The notes below the pieces were generated by a model. It had not been told where the DNA came from and did no database searches. It worked only from the letters and a program-made list of their open reading frames with translations. The translations under genes and the position numbers were made by a program. From an uncultured Planctomycetota bacterium (GTDB taxonomy: Bacteria; Planctomycetota; Phycisphaerae; Sedimentisphaerales; UBA12454): a stretch of 64,000 nt of DNA. Below, piece by piece: positions 16,712-25,136 of the stretch; the first letter of the stretch is position 1, and the number at the start of each line of letters is the position of its first letter. The stretch spans positions 67,750 to 131,749 of the forward strand of contig CAINDG010000038.1 of NCBI GenBank assembly GCA_903847315.1, written 5' to 3'.

Positions 16712-16747
16712 AAAAGGTCGCTTTCAGCGGAGGCGACCTTTTTTATT
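16712..16747 (+). terminator. Intrinsic terminator (riboswitch expression platform)
   Basis: GGTCGC (16716-16721) pairs with GCGACC (16733-16738) around an 11-nt loop, followed by TTTTTT (16739-16744). It ends 10 nt before the thiC ATG. Confidence 0.75.
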
Positions 16748-16756
16748 GGAAGAAAT

Positions 16757-18061
16757 ATGACGACACAAATTAAATCGGCTCGCGGCGGTATTATTACAAA
16801 AGAAATGAAAGCTGTCGCAAAAACAGAGAACATCTCTGCGCAGAGCGTCCGCAAGGAAATCGCTGCCGGCAAAGTCGTCATCCCCGCAAATAAAATACAT
16901 ATCAAAAATAATCTAAAACCAATCGGTATCGGCAGAGCTGCAACCATAAAAGTCAATGCCAATATTGGCACAAGCAGCGCAAGCTCATCGGTCAAAAACG
17001 AACTTAAAAAATTAAAAGCAGCCCTTGATGCCGGCACTGATACCGTAATGGATTTAAGCACCGGCGGAAACCTCGATAAAATCCGCACGGAAATAATTGA
17101 CAACTGCCCTGTGCCTTTCGGAACTGTGCCAATCTACGAAATGATTATCGGCAGAGATGTGGAAGATATAAATTCCAAAATTATCCTTAAAACAATCGAA
17201 AAACAGGCCGAGCAGGGAGTCGATTTCTTCACCATTCACGCAGGCGTATTGAAGCAATATCTGCCGATGGCTGTTAAAAGAGTCTGCGGAATTGTAAGCA
17301 GAGGCGGAGCGTTAATCGCAAAATGGATGGCACTGCACAACAAGCAAAATCCGTTTTATGAATTGTTCGACGATATCTGCGACATTATGGCAGAGTATGA
17401 CGTTTGTTTTTCCTTAGGCGATGGGCTGCGGCCCGGCTGTATCGCCGATGCGACAGATAAGGCGCAAATTGCGGAATTAAAAACGCTGGGCGAATTGACG
17501 CTGCGGGCGAGAGAAAAAAATTGTCAGGTGATGGTCGAAGGGCCGGGGCATGTTCCATTTAACCAGATACAAAAAAATATGGAGCTTCAGCGGAAATACT
17601 GCCATAACGCGCCTTTCTATGTGCTTGGGCCGCTGGTAACGGATATCGCGCCGGGCTACGACCACATAACAAGCGCAATCGGCGGGACGGCGGCGGGCTA
17701 CTGGGGCGCATCGTTTTTGTGCTATGTAACGCCGAAAGAGCATTTGGGACTGCCTGATATTGAAGATGTAAGACAAGGAGTTATCGCAGCCAAAATAGCC
17801 GCCCATGCGGCCGATGTCGCAAGAGGATTTCCAAACTGTGCGGACAGAGATAAAAAATTAAGTATCGCAAGGGCAAATTTCGACTGGAAAAATCATATAG
17901 CCCTGTCGCTGGACCCGAAAACCGCAAACAAATTTCATCAACAGGCGTGCGCTAAAAGCAAAAAAACTTCCGCCGATGACGATTTCTGTACGATGTGCGG
18001 AAAAAACTGGTGCAGTTTGAGAATAAATAAAGAACTGGCGGAAATGTACGGAAAAAAATAA
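16757..18061 (+). CDS. thiC: Phosphomethylpyrimidine synthase
   Basis: 434 aa. Conserved ThiC core and C-terminal CTMCGKNWC (CX2CX4C) cluster motif. A TPP riboswitch lies upstream. Confidence 0.95.
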   Translation: MTTQIKSARGGIITKEMKAVAKTENISAQSVRKEIAAGKVVIPANKIHIKNNLKPIGIGRAATIKVNANIGTSSASSSVKNELKKLKAALDAGTDTVMDLSTGGNLDKIRTEIIDNCPVPFGTVPIYEMIIGRDVEDINSKIILKTIEKQAEQGVDFFTIHAGVLKQYLPMAVKRVCGIVSRGGALIAKWMALHNKQNPFYELFDDICDIMAEYDVCFSLGDGLRPGCIADATDKAQIAELKTLGELTLRAREKNCQVMVEGPGHVPFNQIQKNMELQRKYCHNAPFYVLGPLVTDIAPGYDHITSAIGGTAAGYWGASFLCYVTPKEHLGLPDIEDVRQGVIAAKIAAHAADVARGFPNCADRDKKLSIARANFDWKNHIALSLDPKTANKFHQQACAKSKKTSADDDFCTMCGKNWCSLRINKELAEMYGKK

Positions 18062-18078
18062 AGAAGGACTAACGGTAT

Positions 18079-19752
18079 ATGCTGCCAAAATTTATATTTG
18101 AAATGAACGATGTCAGCAAGAGCTTCGGCAAACAGGAAGTTCTAAAAAATATTTCACTGTCGTTTTTTTATGGCGCAAAAATCGGCGTTATCGGCGAAAA
18201 CGGTTCAGGCAAAACCACGCTCCTGAAAATAATGGCAGGTCTCGATAAAGATTTTCAGGGCGAGACGAAACTTGCCGCAAATATGAAACTGCGATACGTC
18301 GCCCAGGAACCACAGCTTGAATTGGAAAAGACCGTTAGGGAAAATCTGCTTACCGCGATAAAACCAACACTCGATATGGTCGAGCGGTACAACGAAATTT
18401 CGCATCAGCTTGCCGAGCCGCAGTCCGATGAGCAAATGAATAAACTGCTTGGGGAACTGGCGGTTTATCAGGATAAAATCGATGCCTGCGATGGCTGGGA
18501 AACCGACAGGCTCATCGATATTGTTTCCGACGCGATGGTCCTGCCGCCCGATGATACACCCGTCGGCAGATTGTCCGGCGGTGAGCGAAGACGCGTTGCG
18601 CTGTGTATGGCTCTGCTGGAAAAACCGGATTTGCTCCTGCTCGACGAGCCGACAAACCACCTCGACGCTGAAACCGTCCAATGGCTCGAAATGGCTCTTC
18701 GCGAATATTACGGCACGGTGATTATCGTAACTCACGACCGATATTTTCTCGATAACATTACAAAATGGATTCTCGAACTCGATAAGTGCAGAGGGCTTCC
18801 GTTCGAGGGGAATTATTCCTCCTGGTTAAAACAAAAGACCGAGCTTCTTCGCGTAACGGAAAAGAAGGAATCGCAGCGGCAGAAGACTCTGGCCCGTGAA
18901 CTTGAATGGATTAACACCTCCGCCAGAGCACGCAATAAGAAAAACCAGGCGCGTATAAATGCTTACGGCAATTTGGTCAGCCAGTCCGACGAAGACAGGC
19001 AAAGTGAAATACTGATACAAATACCGTCAGGTCAGCGGCTCGGCAACAAAGTGATTTCGTTTGCCGGAGTCTGCAAAAAATTCGGCGATAGTCCGCTCAT
19101 CGACAGCTGCTCATTTGAACTGCCCGTAAACGCAATCGTCGGCGTAATCGGCCCAAACGGCATCGGTAAAACAACGCTTTTCAGATTGATAACCGGCCAG
19201 GAAAAACCCGACAGCGGCAAAATCGAAATCGGTGCGACCGTCTCAATCGGCTATGTTGACCAGCACCGCGATGCTCTCGATGACGGCAAAACAATCTTCG
19301 AGGAAATCTCCGACGGCAAGGATTCTATCGTTGTCGGCGGCGTTTCTGTCGCTTCACGCGCCTATGTCGCTAAATATAATTTCTCCGGCACACAGCAGCA
19401 GAAAAAAGTTTCAGAATGCTCAGGCGGCGAACGAAACAGAATCCATCTGGCCAAAATGCTCCGGCAAGGCGGCAACCTTTTACTGCTCGATGAACCGACA
19501 AACGACCTCGACGTCAGCACTATGCGGATTCTTGAGCAGTCGATAATCAACTTTCAGGGCTGCGCGATGGTAATCAGCCACGACAGATTTTTCCTCGATA
19601 GAATATGTACGCATTTGCTTGTTTTTGAAGGCGATGGCAAAACCAAGTGGTTTGTGGGCAATTTCGCCGCTTACGAGGAAAAGATACAGGCCGAGAATCC
19701 CGACCGCCTCGCCCACCGCCGCGGAAAATACAAGCAGCTTAAATTGAGATAG
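18079..19752 (+). CDS. ettA: ABC-F ATPase, energy-dependent translational throttle EttA type
   Basis: 557 aa with two ABC cassettes and no TM domain: GENGSGKTT/LSGGERRR/LLLLDEPTNHLD and GPNGIGKTT/CSGGERNR/LLLLDEPTNDLD. The N-terminus is similar to EttA. Confidence 0.85.
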   Translation: MLPKFIFEMNDVSKSFGKQEVLKNISLSFFYGAKIGVIGENGSGKTTLLKIMAGLDKDFQGETKLAANMKLRYVAQEPQLELEKTVRENLLTAIKPTLDMVERYNEISHQLAEPQSDEQMNKLLGELAVYQDKIDACDGWETDRLIDIVSDAMVLPPDDTPVGRLSGGERRRVALCMALLEKPDLLLLDEPTNHLDAETVQWLEMALREYYGTVIIVTHDRYFLDNITKWILELDKCRGLPFEGNYSSWLKQKTELLRVTEKKESQRQKTLARELEWINTSARARNKKNQARINAYGNLVSQSDEDRQSEILIQIPSGQRLGNKVISFAGVCKKFGDSPLIDSCSFELPVNAIVGVIGPNGIGKTTLFRLITGQEKPDSGKIEIGATVSIGYVDQHRDALDDGKTIFEEISDGKDSIVVGGVSVASRAYVAKYNFSGTQQQKKVSECSGGERNRIHLAKMLRQGGNLLLLDEPTNDLDVSTMRILEQSIINFQGCAMVISHDRFFLDRICTHLLVFEGDGKTKWFVGNFAAYEEKIQAENPDRLAHRRGKYKQLKLR

Positions 19753-20085
19753 GTTTTATAATCACTGATTCCGCTGGTTTCACCGATAACTGATAACTGC
19801 TTTCATAACTCGTTTATTTTAAGGCTGTTAGGCGAATAATCGCCAAAAATGCAACAAAGATTTCACCACGAAGACGCTGTTTAAGGCAGCAGACAGGGAA
19901 TATTGAAAAAATAAAAGGCAACTCGATGAAAATTTTGATATAATTGTGAAATTAAAACGCTTGGTTGCGTAGCCAAGCGTTTGACTCGTGCTACATAGTA
20001 TACTCTCTTCTTCGCTCTGCATAACGGGCTTCGCAGAGCAGGAACACAAGTATAGTGTCCCCAGAATTCTGAAGGAGGAAATATA

Positions 20086-20814
20086 TTGAGCTTCTGGAAA
20101 AGACTTGTTAACAAAATGATGGCCTCTTCCAAAAAGCCGACCTCCCAAAAGGCAAAAAGAACTCGGCAGGAAAAGAAAAAGTCGTCAAATGTTCAAACTC
20201 TCAGCACCCATGATCCGGTGTGTAACATAGTCCATGGGTTATTGATCCAGCGTGATGGAACGTGGGTTCGAGTAGGAGACCAAGACCAAAATGCTAAGGC
20301 AGCATGGCCTTGCTTCGTCGAATGGAAGTTATTCTTGGGGAGCAAGTTCCGCGGTGCGTTAGTTTTTCAAGATGCGGATTATCTGACCAGCTTCTTCCAG
20401 TCAGAAATATCTTTAGACTCCTTAGAATCCTTGGGAGGATTCAAAGTACTAAACTTATCAAACGTAGGTGAGAATCGACTGTTTGATAGTTTAAACAAGA
20501 GTAACACATTCTTTTTGTTGACGGTGCCGTTACTAGAAGCGATTCACAGTCGTGCAGTCACCATGAGGTGTGGGGGAAAGAAAGACACCAGTGGTTTGGT
20601 AACTCTTTGGCGTCCTATGCATGTAGTAATTTTGGTACGCAATCCTTCAAAGATAACTGTGAGTAAAATTGACCGTCGCAGTACAAAACCATGTTGTGCA
20701 TCACTTAGTTCTCTAATGGGTTTGGTAGGACTTCTGCGAGAGGGCAAGGAAATGCGTCTCGATGAGAAGAGTTGTATGGAAGCACAGAAAGTTTTGAAAC
20801 GTTTTGATATATAA
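20086..20814 (+). CDS. Orphan hypothetical protein (242 aa) with basic N-terminus, AT-rich
   Basis: TTG start with GAAGGAGG 7 nt upstream. No recognisable motif. Sampled line 20401 is 33% GC. Confidence 0.55.
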   Translation: MSFWKRLVNKMMASSKKPTSQKAKRTRQEKKKSSNVQTLSTHDPVCNIVHGLLIQRDGTWVRVGDQDQNAKAAWPCFVEWKLFLGSKFRGALVFQDADYLTSFFQSEISLDSLESLGGFKVLNLSNVGENRLFDSLNKSNTFFLLTVPLLEAIHSRAVTMRCGGKKDTSGLVTLWRPMHVVILVRNPSKITVSKIDRRSTKPCCASLSSLMGLVGLLREGKEMRLDEKSCMEAQKVLKRFDI

Positions 20815-20890
20815 GCGCGGCATTATAGGCCAGTTTAATTAAGTTCTATATTTTTTATCTCTGTGTCCTCTGTGAACTCTGTGGCTAATT

Positions 20891-22018
20891 TCAAACTTTC
20901 AACAGCGGAACTTCGTCGCTTTTGAGCAGTGAAGTTAAAATTTCGCAGCCAGATTCGGTAATCAGCACATCATCCTCAATTCTTATTCCGAATTTGCCGG
21001 CGAGGTAAACGGCAGGCTCAACCGTAATAACATTGCCGTTCTGCAAAGATGCCTTTGAAAGAAATGAAACCCTCGGTTGCTCATGAACATCCAAACCTAT
21101 GTCGTGGCCAAGGCCGTGGCCGTAAGGCGGCAGTTTCGACGCCGTGATAATTTCCTTTGCTGACGCATCGGCTTTTTTCGCCTCAATGCCGGATTTCAAA
21201 ACGTTTATTGCATTAGTCTGCGAATCAAGTACTGTTTTATAAACTTTGGCGTAAAAATTATTTACCTTTCCGACAGCGAAACATCTGGTTATATCACAGC
21301 AATAGCCATTAAATTTGGCGCCGTAATCGATAAGAATTGTATCGATTTTCTTTAATTTTCTCATCGTTGGCCGATGATGCGGCATCGCGGAATTACTTCC
21401 GAAGGCAACGCTAGTTTCAAAGGCAAGATTTGCGCCTGCTTTTTTCATTTCAAATTCGAGCATCGCGGCAACTTCGGTTTCGCTTATGCCGATATGAATT
21501 TTTGGCAAAACTTTAGCAAGCGATTTTTCCGAGATTTCAATCGCCTTTTTAATCGCAGCGATTTCAGATTCGTCTTTTACGGCCCTGACGGATTCGACAA
21601 GATTTTTTACAGGTTTGACGCGGACGGCAAGTTTTTTTCGCAGGATTTTAAATACAGTCAGTTCGATTTTATCTTCAACCGCGACAGTTTTAACGGCGCG
21701 AAATTCTTTCAACAAACCGCTGACAGCGTCTATCATCGAGCCTTTTCGCTGGTAAATTTTGCAGGCGGGACATTCTTTTTTTGCCTGGAGCGTATATCTG
21801 CTGTCGGTAACAAGGACGATTTGTTTGCCTGTCAAAATCAGCCAACTGTCGTCGCCGCCAAAGCCGCTCAGATACGAAACGTTCGAGCCGGCAGTTACTA
21901 TCAGGGTGTCGGCTTTTTGAGTCCTGAGCAGTTTCCTGACTTTTTCTATTCGATTTTTCAAAATATCGGTTTTCATTTGCGTTTTTGGCCAGCGTTTATT
22001 ACTTGTATCCGGCTCCAT
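20891..22018 (-). CDS. M24 family Xaa-Pro aminopeptidase/dipeptidase
   Basis: Creatinase-like N-domain plus pita-bread domain with HGLGHDIGLDVHEQP and VITVEPAVY..GIRIEDDV. An alternative start is the ATG at 21976 (MKTDILKN). Confidence 0.85.
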   Translation of the reverse strand: MEPDTSNKRWPKTQMKTDILKNRIEKVRKLLRTQKADTLIVTAGSNVSYLSGFGGDDSWLILTGKQIVLVTDSRYTLQAKKECPACKIYQRKGSMIDAVSGLLKEFRAVKTVAVEDKIELTVFKILRKKLAVRVKPVKNLVESVRAVKDESEIAAIKKAIEISEKSLAKVLPKIHIGISETEVAAMLEFEMKKAGANLAFETSVAFGSNSAMPHHRPTMRKLKKIDTILIDYGAKFNGYCCDITRCFAVGKVNNFYAKVYKTVLDSQTNAINVLKSGIEAKKADASAKEIITASKLPPYGHGLGHDIGLDVHEQPRVSFLSKASLQNGNVITVEPAVYLAGKFGIRIEDDVLITESGCEILTSLLKSDEVPLLKV

Positions 22019-22077
22019 AAGACATTAAAATACCACTTTTACCTGACGATTTCGAGACTTTTTTATAAAGAAAGAAT

Positions 22078-23259
22078 ATGCTTTTACCCTTAAGGACGAA
22101 TATCAAGCCATGGCGAACGCCATATATGAATTATGCGTTAATAGCCGTCAACGTGATTATCTTCGCTTTGATGTACGCCGGCAGTGGAAAATCGCTTCAA
22201 AAATGGGCTGACATCTATATGCTTACGCCGGCGTATCCGTTTATATGGCAGTTTATCACATACGCGTTTCTTCACAGCAGCCTCATGCACATTCTGGGCA
22301 ATATGTTTTTCCTTTATCTTTTCGGAAATAATGTAAACGACAGGCTCGGCCATATCGGCTATTTGCTGTTCTATCTGGCGGGAGGAGTGTTTAGCGCAAT
22401 CGGGCATATTCTCGCCGCCTCGTTCTTTGGCGCAAGCGTGGCAACGCCGGTGCTTGGCGCAAGCGGAGCAATTTCGGCGGTGATTGGAGCATATCTCGTC
22501 TTGTATCCGCAGACACTCATAACCGTTGTTTACTGGTTATTCTTTATAGGAACAATAGAAATACCGGCAATATACCTGATAATTATCAAAATGATTTTCT
22601 TCGATAATATCATTTCGAGAAGCGCGCAGAACGTCGCTTATGATGCTCATCTTTCCGGTTACGCATTTGGGATATTGGCGATACTGCTGCTGCGGGCGGT
22701 GAACCTGCTGGAGCCGGACCAGTTCGATTTGTGGTCGATGATGAGACGATGGAAGCACAGGAATGTCTATCAGAATATGGCTGCCGAGGGTGTTGACCCG
22801 TTCGGGGGCAGAATCAGCAAAAAAATTGAGGCGATAGAAGTAAAAACCGAAGAGCAAAAACAGGCGGAAGAGAAAGTTCTCTCGCTGCGTCAGGAAATAA
22901 TGACACGCATAGGTCAGGGTAATCTGGCCTCGGCGGCAGATTTGTACCTGGAGCTGGTAAAAGAAAACGTCACCCAGCCTCTGCCAAGACAGTCGCTGCT
23001 GGATATCGCCAACCAATTTATGTCCGCAGGGAAATGGTCCGATGCGGCGGCGGCTTATGAAAAATTTATGGCATTTTACAGCGGCTGCGAATATTCCGAG
23101 CAGGTAATGCTAATGCTCGGAATCATTTACGGCAGGTATCTCGCGGACCCCAAAAAGGCTATGGAATATCTTAAAAAGGCCTACGGGAAACTCAGCGACG
23201 CAGGTCAGAAAAAGATGTGCGAAAACGAGATGCAGCGCATAGAATCGCAAAAGAAATAA
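22078..23259 (+). CDS. Rhomboid family intramembrane serine protease with C-terminal TPR-like helical domain
   Basis: 393 aa. HILGNMFFLYLFG, the catalytic GASGAISAVIGAY and HLSGYAFG. Confidence 0.85.
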   Translation: MLLPLRTNIKPWRTPYMNYALIAVNVIIFALMYAGSGKSLQKWADIYMLTPAYPFIWQFITYAFLHSSLMHILGNMFFLYLFGNNVNDRLGHIGYLLFYLAGGVFSAIGHILAASFFGASVATPVLGASGAISAVIGAYLVLYPQTLITVVYWLFFIGTIEIPAIYLIIIKMIFFDNIISRSAQNVAYDAHLSGYAFGILAILLLRAVNLLEPDQFDLWSMMRRWKHRNVYQNMAAEGVDPFGGRISKKIEAIEVKTEEQKQAEEKVLSLRQEIMTRIGQGNLASAADLYLELVKENVTQPLPRQSLLDIANQFMSAGKWSDAAAAYEKFMAFYSGCEYSEQVMLMLGIIYGRYLADPKKAMEYLKKAYGKLSDAGQKKMCENEMQRIESQKK

Positions 23260-23335
23260 TTGACAATAAACCGGCCTTTGCGATAATTAAACATCAGAAA
23301 AAAGCCATTAATCTCCTCACGGAAAGGGAAGAAAT

Positions 23336-24568
23336 ATGAAACGGATTAGACTTTTCAAGTTAGCGATATTATTAATAGTTTCTATATCTGTAATCGCGAC
23401 AGCGGAAGAAGGAAAAAGACCCGCAGCGATGGGGGCTCCCGAAACTGCGCCGGCTGAAGTAAACCAGGCCCAGTTTCCCTATGTCGGCGAAATTACAGGC
23501 GCCGACCTTAATATCCGCTCAGGGGCCGGAATGAATTACTACAGCTGCGGAAAAATTTCGGCGCCGGCAAGGGTCGTCGTCGTCGGACAAAAATTCAGCT
23601 GGTCGCAAATCCTCCCGCCTCAGGGAAGTTTCTCGTGGATTTTCAGACAATCGGTGCAAACCGATGTCAATAACACCGGCGTGGGCACAGTCAACAGCGA
23701 TAACGTCCGCGTTTACGCAGGCGCAGACGACCGCGACGCGATGGTGAGCGACAGCTTGCAGGTTGCACTTAACAAAGGACAAAAGGTACGCATAATCGGC
23801 GCAGCCGTCGGAGACTATTACAAAATCAGGCCGCCGCAGGGAGCAGCACTGTGGACGAGCAGTCAATATATAAAATTCGTCCGCAAGGCCGATGAAATAG
23901 ATATAAAAGTACCGAAAGCCACCGACGCAAACTCAGGCTCCGCAACGCCGGGCGTGCTTATGGAGCAGGTCCCTGCCACCAGCAGACAAATGGAACAATA
24001 TTACAGCATTGCGAAAAAGTTAGACGAAGAAAAAGCAAAACCGCTCGCTGAACAGGATTTTTCAAAAATCAGGGCTGAACTCGAATCGCTCGCGGCAGAT
24101 GCCAATAGCGGCAAAGCAGGACAATATTCAAAATATCTTCTTAAAACTGTAACACGATGCGAACTTGCAAAAGAATCCATAGGCGTGGTAGAAGGCCAAA
24201 AAACAGAACTGAATAAGCAGCTGGAAGATATTCAAAAAGGTCAGGAACAGCAAAAACAGGGTATTACAAACCATAGCAAATACGGCATAATCGGGATATT
24301 TAAACAGTCCCTCGTTTACGCGGAACAGCCGACCGCTAAACGGTTTCTCGTTGTCGATAGCAATGATACCCCCATCTGCTACGCGGAAGCAACCGGCGCC
24401 ATTGCAGACGCCAACCTGGCGGAATACTTCGGCCAGAAGGTCGGGCTGGCAGGCGAAATCACAAGCGATATCCTGAGCAATTTCGTATTGATTAAATTTA
24501 CAGAAATAGAACTCTACGAAAAGATAGCCGCAGAGACCCCTGCTTCAGAGAACACAGAGAAAAAATAA
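23336..24568 (+). CDS. Secreted SH3-domain protein
   Basis: 410 aa with a signal peptide. Two bacterial-SH3-like segments (ADLNIRSGAGMNYYSCGKI..; DNVRVYAGADDRD..KGQKVRIIG..GDYYKIRPP). Confidence 0.5.
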   Translation: MKRIRLFKLAILLIVSISVIATAEEGKRPAAMGAPETAPAEVNQAQFPYVGEITGADLNIRSGAGMNYYSCGKISAPARVVVVGQKFSWSQILPPQGSFSWIFRQSVQTDVNNTGVGTVNSDNVRVYAGADDRDAMVSDSLQVALNKGQKVRIIGAAVGDYYKIRPPQGAALWTSSQYIKFVRKADEIDIKVPKATDANSGSATPGVLMEQVPATSRQMEQYYSIAKKLDEEKAKPLAEQDFSKIRAELESLAADANSGKAGQYSKYLLKTVTRCELAKESIGVVEGQKTELNKQLEDIQKGQEQQKQGITNHSKYGIIGIFKQSLVYAEQPTAKRFLVVDSNDTPICYAEATGAIADANLAEYFGQKVGLAGEITSDILSNFVLIKFTEIELYEKIAAETPASENTEKK

Positions 24569-24594
24569 CAAAATACAGGAAAAATTCTATCTGA

Positions 24595-24623
24595 CCCCGC
24601 TGATACCTCGGCGGGGTTTTTTT
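24595..24623 (+). terminator. Intrinsic terminator
   Basis: CCCCGC-tgatacctcg-GCGGGG followed by TTTTTTT. Confidence 0.8.
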
Positions 24624-24705
24624 ATCACCCAAATTCAATGCAGTGGAGCTATTATCGCGGATTTTGTGATTTTTTCAGGATATTTACAGATATTTAATAT
24701 TATTG

Positions 24706-24733
24706 TTGACTTTTTTAATTCAGTTAATACAAT
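24706..24733 (+). promoter_or_regulatory. Putative sigma70 promoter of the csp gene (about 100-nt leader)
   Basis: TTGACT (24706-24711), a 16-nt spacer, then TACAAT (24728-24733). Confidence 0.45.
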
Positions 24734-24841
24734 GGGTTTTTTGGTGTGTATCCTTTCATCTCTCAAGAGTATACTTCCAATTAATTAAAACCAGAGAGAT
24801 ATTATTTAAAAGAGCCTATATAAAGGCCAAGGAGCAGTAAA

Positions 24842-25045
24842 GTGAGTACAGGTACAGTAAAATGGTTCAATTCAGACAAGGGATATGGTTTTATTACTCC
24901 GGATGACGGCGGCAATGATTTGTTCGTCCATCACTCAGAAGTTAAGACCACAGGCTACGCAAACCTCAGTGAAAACCAGAAGGTTAACTTTGAGGTCGGA
25001 CAGGGCAAAAAAGGCCCATGTGCCAACAACGTAACCCCAGTCTAA
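24842..25045 (+). CDS. Cold-shock protein, CspA family
   Basis: 67 aa. GTG start with AAGGAG upstream. [17 protein letters not shown] (RNP1) and DLFVHHSEV (RNP2). Confidence 0.95.
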   Translation: MSTGTVKWFNSDKGYGFITPDDGGNDLFVHHSEVKTTGYANLSENQKVNFEVGQGKKGPCANNVTPV

Positions 25046-25070
25046 GCAACAACAATTGCATGAATCGTAT

Positions 25071-25099
25071 GGCCCTGCTAATTAGCGGGGCCTTTTTTT
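25071..25099 (+). terminator. Intrinsic terminator
   Basis: GGCCCTGC-taatta-GCGGGGCC (one G-U pair) followed by TTTTTTT. Confidence 0.75.
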
Positions 25100-25136
25100 G
25101 CGCATATTCTTAACCGCCAGGACACAAAGCGAATTT

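Noticed and set aside
16481-16760. Two plus-strand ORFs (72 and 71 aa) and the 5' extension of the ICMT ORF to 16533
   Set aside because: They coincide with the thiC promoter, TPP riboswitch and terminator, so the RNA structure explains the sequence.
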